From Amphiscolops sp. MND2022 (taxonomy: Eukaryota), in the NCBI GenBank assembly GCA_964187785.1, contig OZ076413.1:47618001-47682000 (forward strand): a stretch of DNA of 64,000 bases, given 5' to 3'. The notes beneath the pieces were generated by a model. The model made no database searches. It saw only the letters and a list, made by a program, of their open reading frames with translations, and was not told where the DNA came from. This document shows positions 24,975 through 37,820 of this stretch, in pieces (the stretch's first letter is position 1; each line of letters starts with the position of its first letter). The position numbers were made by a program, and so were the translations under genes.

Positions 24975-25947
24975 AACAAACCTAACTTTGTCGTCATTCG
25001 ATTTCCAACTTCAATAGTCTTATGCTAGATGAACTTTTACGAAATCTCATGGTTTCAATCTCTGTTGTTGCTAAACTTCGATTATGGAAATGCCAATTGG
25101 TCATGGGTAAAAATCTCCAAGTGGAGATGAAGCCCCCGGGCTTCATCCTCCTTGTTATTCCGTTTTGGGACCGGCAACCCAACCATGAAACTGCGTCTTT
25201 GCCTTGCCTTAGTTAGATGCAATATTCAATTTGCAATTTGTGTTTGCAGTTAGTGCTTTTTCATGCTACCTTATGCTACATGTGGATGCGCTGTGCGCAC
25301 TCCGTGCTCTAAATTTTCGGTGCTATTACACCCTTTCAGTTACTAGTTATTGTTTACACTGTTGCCATTGTCGAAAAAGACAAAAAGAAAAGATGAAGGA
25401 AAAGGAAACAAGAAGGGAGAGATGAGAAATGAATAGAATAAAAAGATTGATGAACCTCGACCATTGTTTTTCTTGAGCTACCTGATAGGATCGAGAGTAA
25501 GTCTCGCAAAAGAAATTTTAAATTGACCGCACTAATTGATTGATTTTATGGCAACTGCTTACCAAAAGAACTTTTATCAAACGCCAAGCAGTGCGAAGCT
25601 CCCGAGCTTCGGAAAATATGTTTCGAACAGTCATGTGATGGTCGTTGACCTTAAAACAAGTTTTAACACTAACGGCAAATAAAAAATTTTTTTGAATGGC
25701 CGAAAAGAAATTTTAACGCCTGAATTGCTCACGACAGGCTACAAAAAGTAATGACCTTGCCGTATAAGATTTGTATACAAAGTTGTATTGATTTGATCAA
25801 AATGCAGCAACGCTGGGTCAAAAAACACTTCCACGAGGCCAACTTGACGATGTCCCAATGAACTGTCCAGCGCTACTTGATGTGCACTCTACCTCCTCAG
25901 TGGGACACAGATGACTCTGGGTACAGACTCGATGACGCCAACCCACG

Positions 25948-25985
25948 CTTGACGGGGACGTCAAGACTAGACCCCGGGGAGTGTA
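25948..25985 (+). promoter_or_regulatory. G1 hairpin plus short polypurine tract before the 3' LTR
   Basis: cttgacg-ggga-cgtcaag then ccggggagtgta|TG; same arrangement in G2 (47894-47931). Confidence 0.65.
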
Positions 25986-26719
25986 TGTAGCGATTACCTA
26001 TCGAGTGCACGATTTCGAAAATTTCGATGAAAATTTCGTTCAAGGGACTATATCTCCTCTACTAAAGAGTCATATTCCGCTAGATGGCAGCGTGTCTTTA
26101 TTCAAGTACCTGCCCACAGAATTGAAGAGAATTTGAGCAAAAGACTCGAGAGAGACCCCAACCGAACGAGAAGATTGCAGAAAAACACGGCCACTGTCAG
26201 AAAAAGACTCAAATTTCTGCCAAAACGGACTAAACTTTCCTCCAACCAGTGCTTTCTTCAGCGAAGCGTTACAAGACGCTGTGATTACCAAAAATGAGTC
26301 AATTAGCTTGACCAAGCATCCGTGCTTGTGTCCCCGGCTAATTGCTGCCTCAAAAGTGCTAATTATGTAGTAATTTTCGTATTTTCTTGTTGTAACAGCT
26401 CGTGAGCTACTCATTTCGATCTCCTGTGTAACTTCGATAAAACTTGATTTTTCCTTTCCACCACTTGCATTTTTTAAAGGCTGTCTAAGTGTTGGTTTCG
26501 AAGAAAAAGCGTAATGCGCACTACTGATAGCAATTACAGACTGGATCAGGCCGGCGAGCACTTCACAAGAAGCGGAATCCTCCTCTGACGGGACAGTTTT
26601 TACCCGAAAGAGGCAAAATGAGCTCATGGTCATGGGCGCCTGTCCCGGGCAAATACCCATATCATGTGTTCCTCTAACTCTTATGGTTACGGCGACAATG
26701 GTGAGAGCTTGTCGTTACA
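25986..26719 (+). repeat. G1 3' LTR
   Basis: 734-bp copy of 7488-8221. Confidence 0.97.
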
Positions 26720-29184
26720 AACCTTGCTATTATAATTGTTCCATTCCATTAGTCTGATAACTGTTGTTGAATGATAGAAGTGGTTGTTAAGACTTTACAA
26801 ATTGGCAAAAGCAAGTTATTGTAGCAAGCTAAGCGGTAGAAAGGAAACGTGTTCGAGTGCGGAAACGTCTTTTCTCGGCAGCGTTACTTGCCGGCTACAT
26901 TCTAGCCAATCACAGAGCAGTACAATTAATACTATTTTGAAATGTTATTAGTATGGGCCGAGTACGGCCAATTGACTAGATAAAGGCAATAAATAGTAGT
27001 ACGCTAGTCAAATAGCCAATTACGGCCAAATATTTGTGTTCACTCAATATGTGGTAGCATGCTAATTGATTTGACAATGTAATACCCGGGCAAATTCTTT
27101 TGTTTGTTGCAAAAAATAAGGACCAATTATTATTTGTTATGTAGAGATGCTAGCCTTTAAGTACAGATCTTTGGATCAATGGCGATAAAAGCCACCTTCA
27201 TTTTGGACATAGTTCTTTCTAGACTAACTTTATAGATTCAAAAAATGAATATTGCTGTAATCTTTGCCCGGACGTACACTTGTTTAACATTCGAAAAAGT
27301 AGTTAGAATTGTTGATACCTTACTCTAATGCCATTGTGATATTAGAGGTTTTGGAAATTAATGCTGCCAATATTCAGATGATGTATTTCCTTAGGCCCGA
27401 TCAGGACAAATTCCTAAGGTGCTCTGATGGTGCTGACGCCGCTATTAAAGAGTTGTGTTAATGGTGATTCATCACCTTGGTCATGTGCCCATTGGGGAAT
27501 ATGTTGATTGAAAAATGTGTAGTTCGGGCTAATGAAATGCAATTGGAATGCTATTTTGTTTACTCAGTATTGTAAAAACGTGACTGTCACCTTCTCAGTA
27601 GTATATATACCCCTGGTTTGCATCGAGAGTGAGACAACCTTGTTTCGCTTATTGACATTCACACACCTCAAAATAATTACGCCCGATTTTCCAATCAAGT
27701 AATACAATCAGGGTTTCTAGATGCCTACTACTAGAAAACAAGAAAGCTAGAACATCTAGAGGAGCAGAAATGCTATCTGACATAGAAAGTATAGATGTCA
27801 TGTTGGGAGGTAATCACCTAGAAAGGGAGGAAAGTGAATATGATAACTCTAGTAGACGATCGAACAGTCCTAATTTGAATACACACGAAAACGATGAAGA
27901 AAATCATTACCCTAATTCTAGGGAAAATAGGTCAAATAACAGTGCCGAATACGGTCACAACTCTGCTGGTACTGACTCAAGTGCTTAGTTTAATAAGCTA
28001 TCATGTGAACTCAATCTGAGAATCTCAAGAGAAATGAATGAGATGATGAACAACGTCAGTGTTCAGACCCAAAGGACCATTAATGATGCAATAAGTAGTC
28101 ATGTTCTACCACAAATCCAAAATGCTCTAAAGGCCTGATCAGGACCGTTGACTCAAAAAAGATGGAACATCCCGACTGAGAGACCGTAACGACAACCCGA
28201 AGACCATCCTAGTCAGAAAGTTAGGAGTATTTCTTGAAGTGACCCAGTCCGTATCCGTCTTTATGATGAAAATACAGACAACGCTTATGACAATTCCAAT
28301 CAATAAACAACGCTCGGTTCGTTGCATTTTCAAGAGGGACTATTCATCCAAATACTTTTTTGGCCGAAGTTTCTGGTTTGTTGAACTAAAGTGTTTTTTT
28401 TTTCAAACACGGCAAATCATGAGAACTTTTTGACCTTATTGCTGCTGTCTAGTTGAGAATTAGGAGGCCTTATTTCACGAACAGATTTTTGATGTGTAAC
28501 TGTCGAACTTCAAATATTCTTTCCATGCGTTACAACAATTGGCGTCAACACGACGAGTTCTGAAAGAGATGAATACACTTTTGCAAAAACAGAGTGCTCT
28601 CAATCTCCAAAGTTATCACAAATCACACAGGTATTGGGAATAACGCTGAAATAGGCTACTATGAACACCTCACTATTTTGGCAAACTTTAAAGGACCTTG
28701 AAGACTAATAGACATCTGGGGAGCCGTCGACAACGGCACCAATACAACCTCCTAGTGGCATTAATTTACAAAAGTCCTACCATTCAAGAATTGGGTGAAC
28801 ACCCAATTGGAATCCCTATCAATGTTCTTGATCATAAATTGGTACTAAATTCAGATGAAAATAGTCTATATGACGGACTTTGTTGAAGAACCGTAACTCA
28901 GTGCACGTACAGATTCTAGTGGTCACCGTCTGAATTGGTAAAGGTTTTGGTAACGTGCTGTTGTTGTAACATTTCGGAAACATGGTTTGCTGGAGTAGTT
29001 TTATAAATTGCTGGAAACTTGGAATACATTATAGTAATTTTCATTGATAATATTCGTAGGGTTAATGTTCGACAAATCCTGGAATATATGTCAGGATCTA
29101 TACAGATCTTCCCAGATTTACACAGAAACTTTTTTAAAACATCAATTAAGAGGCGTGCTTATCTTGTAGAGCACTTTTTATTCA

Positions 29185-29250
29185 ACTAATTTCACTTCCA
29201 AAACTGTATTATGACTATAGTCATAATACAGTTTTGGAGTTGAAATTAGT
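29185..29250. repeat. 66-bp spacerless palindrome
   Basis: actaatttcacttccaaaactgtattatgacta|tagtcataatacagttttggagttgaaattagt, 2 mismatches, centre 29217/29218. Confidence 0.9.
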
Positions 29251-29251
29251 A

Positions 29252-31576
29252 CCCTAGTTCAAAAAAATGCTTATCTTGCAAAATTCTTACATTTTTATCT
29301 TTAAAGAAAATGCATTTTTCTTGAAGAAATCTTGCAGGAATCTTTCAAAACGAACATTTTTTCAATGATAATCTTTCAAGATATACATTTTCTCAAAGAA
29401 TCCTGAAAGAATTGAAATTTCAAAGTAAACGTATTCAAGGAATTGAGGGATCCGATTTACAAAGACACTCTCCGTTACCTGAGCTGAGACAAAAAGAATT
29501 TAGAAGCTTAGTGCCGGACATTTAGTTCTACTAAAAGCAAAGCATTCAGTATTTGAGAACTGTTCTTATTCTGGGTTGGAGGCTCTCTGCTAGTGCTTGA
29601 TTTCGGTAGGATTGGGCTTTAAAATTCCTGTTCCGTTTTGGCCATCCGAAAATGATGACAAGCGAAAATGATGAAATTCAAAATGGCCGCGCCCAAACTT
29701 CGGATTTTTCAATTTTAGATTTTTCATCATTCTTGCAAGATATTTGCAGCAAAATGTTTTTCTTTCAAGAATCTTGTAAGTGTCGCGACCCGCTCCCGGT
29801 CTTAATTGCGCTGACTGCAACAATCTGGCAGGAATTGGCAGAGGACGTGGACAAGGGTATTGTAAATGCTTTTAAAACCCAGTTTAAACTGATTCACTTC
29901 TAGTTACAGTACAGTCAAATCAGTCTGTAGATAATTTTCCGAACAAAAAATCTAACGTAAGCGCTACGGAACAGTTTGGAAACGATTTTATCTCCTAAAA
30001 CTTCCGGTCTCATGTTTCCACACGTGATCAATTTTTCTACTTCCGGTTTTGTCTTCTGAAATCTCCATACCATTCTAAATTTCAAATCTCCATACAATTT
30101 CCAAAAATGGGATCATTTCTCTCTTCCCCACACTTAAACGAAACGTTACGATGACGTTTAACTCCGCGATTCCAACGGAATTCATACAATCTAAAATGAA
30201 AAGAACATACAAAGAATATAAAGGAATTGTTTTTCAGTAGGGAAACAGATGTCAATACCCACTTGAACTACAGTCAAGTGATTCAAGCAGATATTCACAA
30301 CGATATGACAGCGTCACTCAACTAAACAAGTAATTGGTACTTCTAGTTTTACGGACCAATAGCGTCGTCCCTTAACTGAATTATTTGAGCTCAAACCAAT
30401 AGAATCACGCTTGGTTGCTCTTAGCAACGCCATTCTAAGTAAGAGAAGAGAATGAAATTGCATACGCTCTCCGCTTTCTCCCCGGCAGGCACCGCTGCTC
30501 GGTTATACCTAATCTTAAAATGTACGGAGCGACTACGGATTGAATTGTAAAATTGTCGTCCACCGCTGCTCAGCTATACCTAATCTTAATACGTACGGAG
30601 CGACTACGGAGTGAATTGTAAAATCACAACTTCAGAATAATAAATCAGGCTAATTTCTTATGAATTTCTTTCCTTGAAGCGATGCATTTGATGGTCTAAA
30701 GAAATAGGTTTCCACTTGAAGAAAGCTGTACTGTAAGGAAGAATATGAAAATACCTTTGATTGTGTTATATTTTACAGTGTACTGATAATGAAAGTCCCA
30801 AGATTCCCATGCATCTTACTTTGCAAACAATATGTTTTCAGGATGATCATAATCAAAAATTCCGTTGTACAAATGAATTATAACTTGACATTAAAACCGA
30901 AGTTGCAACGTAAGATTACCATCACTCAATACTATTAATGATGTATTTATTTGTGGTTGCATCTCAGTTTATATTATCACAAATTAACGGATAGTTCCAG
31001 TTAATAATGGATTGTGTTCTTGTTCAGATAATCATGTAAATTAGTGAGTGTGTGCTCATTAATACTAAACTTTTTTGTGTTCATGATAATAATGGTAGTA
31101 ATTGGAATGTGCCATTCCAGCATCGTTTGTTTCTTTCTTAGTATTCGAATATCTCAATTATCGGAATCCTTTACTCTGTTCTAACTCCGTTGTCATTTTT
31201 GAGTGTCATAGTTTTGCTTCGAACCTAAACTTCCTGAGTTGGGAATTGACTAATTAATCACTCTGGCGTGCTTTCGTGGAAATGTTAAAACTTATAGCTC
31301 CTTTGAATAAAAAACCCACAGTCCACTCAAATGAACAAGATTCTGACACTGAGACCGAAAATATCTCCGTAGCTAGAACGTCAACACCTATAAAACCAAA
31401 TGCGACTAGTTCCAAAACTACACCGAGCAACAGTTGTAACAGTAAGATATCTTGTAAGGTTTGCATACAACTGAAAAATCTTGCAAGATTTGAATTTAGG
31501 TCCCCAATCTTGCAAGATAGCCATCAAATGCAAGAAATTGGCAAGAATCTTTAACTGCATTCAACTTCACCCAGGG
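29252..31576. mobile_element. MITE-like element rich in tcttgcaaga motifs, interrupted by a solo LTR
   Basis: Ends ccctag.../...ccaggg; repeated tcttgcaaga/tctttcaaga palindromic motifs on both sides of the 29781-31441 insertion. Confidence 0.6.
29781..31441 (+). mobile_element. Solo LTR (1661 bp), long-LTR Gypsy type
   Basis: tgtcgcgac...gttgtaaca with 5-bp TSD gtaag (29776-29780 / 31442-31446); an ORF (..ENISVARTSTPIK..NSCN) runs out of its 3' end; 71-bp tandem duplication at ~30490-30625. Confidence 0.75.
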
Positions 31577-32366
31577 TGTATAACTATAGTTGATTTTAAC
31601 TATAGTTCATTTTCGAAAAATCCTGGAATATCTGTCAGGATTTTACAGATCTGTACAGATTCACAGGGAGTGCTCAACATGAACTCTGAACTACCAGTGA
31701 CGATACCGCTGACCGAGACAACGCTGGGCGAACAAATCACAATGCATGCGATGACGTCACCTATGAACAAGTCAAACAAGATATACGTTCAAGAACAGAA
31801 CTTCCAAGTACTTTTCATGAGAATAAATAACAGAGACGAATACAGATACTGAGAGATTCTTCTGACTACTCAATACTTCCAGAACAGACTTCGCTAAGGG
31901 TGCACCATGGCCCATTGTTCGTAGAAAATATTCAAAACTAAAAGTGACAAATATGTCAGAGTGAATAGAACAGGGGAAGTTGAAGGATTCCTGTATGGTC
32001 CAGAAAGTTCCGTTTCCAGTAAAAATTGAGAGGGCTTTGAAAGTGCCTGCCTTTGCCATGAAACTCTAAATAATGACACGTTCAATCTTCGGTATGGAAT
32101 GTCTTGCAAATCAAAGTATCGGCGATCCTTTGACTCCATGTTCAGAGCCATATATGTATAATATTGCGGTAATTCATCTGTTTGAGAATTAGTGATTCAG
32201 AAATTTCATTTCAATCAGTTAATAAATTGTATTTCAACTAACTGCCATTTTTAGACTATGTAGAAAGTCACAGAAAGGCTAGATACAGTTTTTACGCGCT
32301 TGTGGGACTTTGAGTGTGCCAGCACGTCGCCTCTGAGCTCTGAAGTGAGGAGTCTCTTCGACGTAT

Positions 32367-33694
32367 TGTAACGGCAAGCTCTGGTACAGCAATATCAACC
32401 GATTTTGCAACTTTGACATGTTCAGAAATTTTGTCAAAAATTCTAATCCGATGTGTGACGTGGCACTGAGCATGTGATTGCTCTTTTCGCTGTTTCCACG
32501 AAATTGGCAGGGTGGGCACAAACTACGATCTAAGGAATAAGATCGAAACGCACTTCTGTAACTAAGATCTAAAGAACTAAGATCTAAATGTCATTTTTCG
32601 TAACTAAGATCTAGAGAATGCCAGCTCCCGAATCGTACCGAAAGTCTAAATTTCAGACGTTATTCCCGTTTTAATTTCCGTTATTCCCATTTTTTAGATG
32701 TTACGGTAAAGTATAAAATGCTTTAAAGTATAAAACGTGCCTCAGATATGTCCCAATTTCCTCTAGTGCCCTGCGGCCCCTTGGGGCCGCTTATGTTCCC
32801 ATCTTGCTAAGCGAGGTCGAACAGGAGCAAAGACCTAGCGGGAACGGAGATCGCGAAGCGATCGTAGTGGGAGCTGGTCTTTGCGACGGTGAGGGCGAGC
32901 GTGCATACACCGTATATGACCCCACATTATTCCTTAGACGTTATTTTAATTCAATTTAGACCTTAGTTACGGTGCATGCTTTTTAGATCTTAGTTCTTTA
33001 GATCTTAGTTACGAAATTTCTTTAGATCTTATTCCTTAGACCTTAGTTGCGGTCCCCATTGGCAGGTACTTCGACAACAAAGAGCAAGAACGAGCAAAAA
33101 CACGGGCGCGCCGCCATGACAGAAGCCAGAGACGGCAAGAACATCCGAAAATAGACTCTTTTTGAGGTGCTAACACCGGTTTTATCGATTTTCAGCATTA
33201 TGCTACCCTATGTAGCGGAAACCGTAAAAATGAGTCTTTTCGCCTAAAGATCCTTGTTTGGTGCTTGGAGCCCCTGCGCCCCTGCTTTTTAGCTGTGTGG
33301 TTTGCCATATTCGTGCCTGTTTTCATGTATTTTCAGTGATTTTGGCTGTATTCAGTAGCGCTAGCGCTAGTTTAGATCTTATTCCCCAATTTTAGATCTT
33401 ATTCACATGTCACCCTGGAACTGGAAATTTACCTTATTCTTGGCATTGTTTTTATATGCTAGTTAAGCGGTGGTCTTTAGAGAGTCAGAAAGATGCCCGT
33501 TACTATTAGCAATCAAAGACTAGGACCGGTTGGACAGTATTCGTCGAAGCACCCGCGGCCCCGGGACGTATTTCACCCCTGGAGGCAAAATGGATCTGTG
33601 GCGATGGGCGCCTGTCCCGAGCGAATCACCCATTCCTGCAGGTTCCTCCACCTCTGTTGACGTGTTAAGCGACCGATAACTGCTTGCCGTTACA
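32367..33694 (+). repeat. G2 5' LTR (with MITE insertion)
   Basis: tgtaacggcaagc...gcttgccgttaca, perfect 13-bp terminal inverted repeat; 773 bp after removing the MITE and one TSD copy. Confidence 0.95.
32511..33057. mobile_element. 547-bp MITE with 8-bp TSD (GG termini; Merlin- or MULE-like)
   Basis: TSD attggcag (32503-32510 / 33058-33065); the 3' LTR shows the empty site. Imperfect ~33-bp TIRs (..tctaaggaataagatc), subterminal aactaagatcta repeats, internal GC-rich hairpins. Confidence 0.9.
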
Positions 33695-33709
33695 TGAGAC
33701 CTCATTTTT

Positions 33710-33727
33710 TGGCGACCACAGAGGGAT
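33710..33727 (+). promoter_or_regulatory. G2 primer-binding site (tRNA-Arg-like)
   Basis: tggcgaccacagagggat, 15 nt downstream of the LTR end. Confidence 0.75.
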
Positions 33728-34806
33728 TGCTTCCGATTACTGCCCTATATATGGTTTTGAAATTTCCGACCCCCTGGTATTGGACGCCAAGAACGATTGG
33801 ACTCTGGAAGGAGACGTTTACCCGGAGTTTTTCCAAATTTTTTAGATGATATGACGTTATATTTTGGTATTTTTCCTGTATTTCGGGGGATTTTTCCGAA
33901 TACCTATGGTATGTTTTGATAACAGGTATTTGTTGACAGGTATCGTCTAAAATTGCACGTTCCCATCAGCGGGTACCTTTGTAATGGCTTAGCGAACCGC
34001 TAGAAAGCCGTTACGCATGTTGTAACAGGTGTTTTACAGCTCATTTCAGCGTTTTTGGCTATGTACGAGAGGTGAAGTTGATGGTTGAACCATATTCCAT
34101 CCGACTGATAGATGAGCTGAAACGAGTGTTCCCGACTCTCCTTTCCCATTTCTCGTGGAGACGTGCTAGAGGGATGGTTTTTGGTGGAAAGGTAGAACAA
34201 GTGCTGACGTTGCCGACGGTCCAAACTGTTTCTCTCTAGCTGGTCTGGGTGTTGAGAAAAAAGACGACGAAAGTACAACCCCTCATTCCAGAAGTATCAG
34301 TTTTTCGGAGTATGGTATGAAAAAATTTTTAGATTGTGTATTTTTTGACGGGGAATCATTTGTGCATGCTAGTTTTACCCTGTTGCAACTAAGTGTGTGC
34401 TTTTGCACCTGTTTTCAGTGAAAAAAGTGCGATTTTTAGTGCAAAAGTCGCAAAAACGTGATTTTTGGCATTTTTGAGTACTTTTCTTGGTACGAGCGCG
34501 AGCGCTCGAAGTATCAGCCACAGCAGTTGCAAAAATGAATAAAACGCAGCCCAAAACCTTGAGGGCTATACTACATAATGTAACGACAACCAGAAAGGCC
34601 GTTGGAGACCTTTTTGAGACACATTTTGCATGAAAAAACCCGGTTTTTGGCGAAATTGGCAAAAAACCACTATGAAATGCCACTGGGAGAGTGCTGGATT
34701 GTGATGTAATTGCCTCTTCCGTGCTGCTATTAGTTTGGGGCACACTCCACAGTACCGAAAATAGGATTTAAGAGAGTTTGTAACGTTTTCTTGGTGAGAA
34801 CAGGTC

Positions 34807-35166
34807 GAAAAACCTTGATTTTGGCCAGTTTCAGGAGTGCCAGAGTGCATCATTAAAACCTCTGGGGCACTCTGTCTTTTTGAGACCTGGGAGCCCGCGC
34901 GCTCTCATTTTCTGTTTTTGTAGTAAAAAGAACGCATTGTGGTGAAAACCGTGTGCAAAAATTCCTTTTCAGTGCTGAGAAAAGTTGAAAAACCTTGATA
35001 TTTAGTCAGTTTCAGGAGTGTCTGAGTACACAATTAAAACCACATGGGCACTCTGTCTTTTTGTTAGCTAGGAGCTTCCGCGCTCTAATTTTCTGTTTTT
35101 ATTACAAAAATAACGCGTGGTGGTGAAAACCGCGTGTAAAAACTCCCATTCAGTGCTGAGAAAAGC
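34807..35166 (+). repeat. Two diverged 180-bp tandem units in the G2 leader
   Basis: gaaaaaccttgat..tttcaggagtg..gggcactctgtctttttg..ggtgaaaaccg..cagtgctgagaaaag at 34807 and 34987. Confidence 0.85.
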
Positions 35167-35659
35167 GAAAAAACGCACTGAATTTGATCAATTTTCCACA
35201 AAATCGGACTGTCTCTGAGCTAGGGTCGGGTCATCGATTCCTGAACCCTAGCCAAAAAGTGGTTCCATTTTCGTAACTACCACAAAAATTAACATTAGTG
35301 CCGAAAATTTGGTGGGCGTATCGCTCACCAAAGTCGAGAAAAGCTCTCTGACATTTCGACCTCAGAGAAGCGTAAAAGGACCGAAAAAATCCAAAACTGC
35401 AGGACTGTCAGTGCCCTATACCTAACGGGCACAACCAATTGAGGGTTTATCCCAGTGCTACGGATAGTGGGGCGACACGTTGGTCCCATTTTGCCCGCCG
35501 TATCACTTTCTGAGGTGATCCTCTTGGTCAATTTGTGAAAAAAGTCGTCAAAAACAGTGTTTTTTCGTGTACAACGTACATAGTGGGTCGAAACCTCAAA
35601 TAAGCGCTCGCGCTTCAATTCGACCATATCAGTGGCATTGTAGGTGCCCACAGGCATAA

Positions 35660-36830
35660 ACTACTAAGTTTGCTGCCGATCTGTGTGATACTTGTTGAGA
35701 AAATAGGAAAAACGCGGTGCCCAAAAAAGTGCGCAAAAAGGCAGTTTTTTCTTAATTTTTCCAAGTAACCCGGGTACCTCAGCCGACGGGTGGGGCTATA
35801 TTGCAGCCCACCATCGTAATCTGTGCTAGTTCCTACGTTGCTGCAGAGAATTTGAGCTTGCTAGCTTTTTCCAGTGGACCGCAATCTTGAAAAAGACGTG
35901 AAAAACAGTGCTTTTCGGTACATAGTGATACCGCACGTCTGTACCTAGGTGAAACTGTGTAGAAGGGGTGCAGCTCAATTCTGTGTTTATTTTCGTAAAC
36001 CTGTGTGTACCTAAGATCTGCTGGTCAATTTTGGGCTTGATACAGCGCTTCCAGCGCACACACGAGCCTCTTGAGTGTTGTGGTGCGATTTTTGGAAAAT
36101 CCAAAAATTCTGTGAAATTCTTCCTGTGGGTGACTGGAGACTTTTTGCCCTAAACCAGGTTAATTTTCTGGCCCAGTGTGCTTGTGGGAAAGCGCTGTGC
36201 AAATTTGAACAGCCTACGAGCCTTAGAACGTGTTTTGAAAAATCTTGGACGTTGAAAAACATCAATTTTCTTAAGTCTTCACCGAGACGAGCAGAGGGCC
36301 AAATCCTTGAGAAGACCCCCTGCAAGCCTACCACCGTCTATTTCACTACTCTAACAGCGTGATTGGTGCCTACTGACAGCGTTTGCCAAGTTTGGTGTCA
36401 ATCGGTACTGTATCTGTTGAGAAATTGACTAAAACAAACTGCACAAGAAGGTGCGCAAGAAGACGAAATCTACGAAGTCTTGTGGGATTGCTTGAACACC
36501 TTATTCAAAGAGTGGGGCCAAATTGCTGCCCACTATCGTAATCAGTGCAAGTTTATCGTATTGTTGCCGAAAAAACGAGCTTGGGAGCTCTTTGCTGTTT
36601 GCCGGAATCTGAGTTGACACGTGAAGAACACTGCATATTGGAACACGGTGATACGGAACGTCAGTATCAGATCTAAATCTTGCCCAGTGGTCTGAATTCT
36701 CATTGGTTGTTACTGTAGTGTAGCTGGCTATACTTGTGATCGCGTGACCAATTTTGAGCCCGATACCACGTTTCCAGCACTTGTAAAAGCCATTTGAGTG
36801 ATTTTCGAAAACAGTTGAAAAATCCAAAAA
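35660..36830 (+). repeat. Diverged internal duplication (period ~722 bp) in the G2 leader
   Basis: Matching anchors gttgagaaa (35694/36416), atcgtaatc (35813/36535), aaaatccaaaaat (36096/36819); one homologous copy in G1 at ~10020-10460. Confidence 0.7.
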
Positions 36831-37820
36831 TCGTTGAAAAAGGCTCTAGCTCGAAGCTGGAGGCAATCATCAGCTACGGAAGGTTATTTTTCTGACTTGT
36901 GTGGCTGACAAATTGTGCTGTGTCATTTTGTACCCAGTACGAGTGATAAAACTGAAATTGACTTTGTTCAGACACACGTTTTGAACGAAAATCCCGAAAA
37001 CGCCAGAAAAACTATCAGTGTAAATCCTCAATACTTCCGCTGTACAGGAGGCAGACCCAAAAAGCCTTCATTTTCCAACGGAACGGACCCGATAGACCTT
37101 CCTGGGGGTAAACGAGGCAAATCCCAAAAAAATTGCCGGCAGGGGTCATAAATTTTGGACTCCTCTGGAACTTTGAAATTTGATCCTGAACAGTTCAAGG
37201 CAGCAGTTTTAAGTGCCTGCGACGCACTCTGGACTACATTTTCCAAACGAAAATCGCTAGGAGTTACCTTGAGCAGGGTTTTCGATATCCAAAAGAGACC
37301 CTGAGTGTTCCGACTTAGCCAAAATCACGAGATTTTGAGAGGAGCAACTTCCTGGTGACGAAAAATTTGACCGGATTGCCCGTGTGACACCTTTTTGAAC
37401 ACTCTGGTGCCTCATTTTGGTGTTATTCCGCTGTATCGAGTAGCATCAAAGCCGAATATCACGCCAAATTTGCAGAGAACTCTTTTGGGTAATCACAACA
37501 CATCCAAATCCATTGAGGTTGAGAGGTCGTCAAACCGCTCGACTGTCTGTTCGGTGCGCACTATCCAACTTGGCTGCAGTAATTTGCTGTAGAGCAAAAT
37601 TTTCTAGTCCACTGAGCAGTGTGCAAAGCGTTGAGCAGTTTTCAGCACGCTGTGATTGCTAGAAATTCTCTTGACTTTGACCCTGACACTGAACTTGGGT
37701 ACACCGGTTGTTCTAGTGTTGCAGTTCGGAACCTCTAAAGCTAAAATTAAACCGGGGAGATTCTCCCGCCGCCTCCGTTCTTTTTTTCAAGGGGGAAGGA
37801 GTGTCAGTGCAGCACAACCA

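Larger units (their letters stand above)
7488..26719 (+). mobile_element. G1: full-length giant Ty3/Gypsy LTR retrotransposon (19,232 bp)
   Basis: Two 734-bp TG...CA LTRs (one substitution seen), PBS, ~2.4-kb leader, gag-PR-RT-RH-IN order, extra ORF, PPT; 3-bp TSD aac (7485-7487 / 26720-26722). Confidence 0.97.
7339..28292 (+). mobile_element. Solo LTR (~1.72 kb) of the long-LTR Gypsy group, split by insertion of G1 (segments 7339-7487 and 26723-28292)
   Basis: Starts tgtcgcaggctg, ends gcttatgaca; 5-bp TSD attcc (7334-7338 / 28293-28297). Degenerate gag N-terminus (MPTTRKQ..MLSDIESIDVMLG) from 27721, homologous to 59373. Confidence 0.85.

Noticed and set aside
7484..26722. 4-bp TSD aaac for G1 using the LTR terminal A
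   Set aside because: It would shorten the 3' LTR relative to the 5' LTR and lose the CA end; the same reading fails for G2 and the solo LTR, while 3 bp fits all three.
31680..32170. Cluster of short ORFs that might be a gene or DNA-element remnant
   Set aside because: Stops in all frames and no motif I can recognise.
35826..36827. Two similar minus-strand ORFs (MDFPKI.., MDFSTV..) in the G2 leader
   Set aside because: Similarity follows from the 722-bp DNA duplication; non-ATG starts; no matching ORF in the G1 homologous segment.
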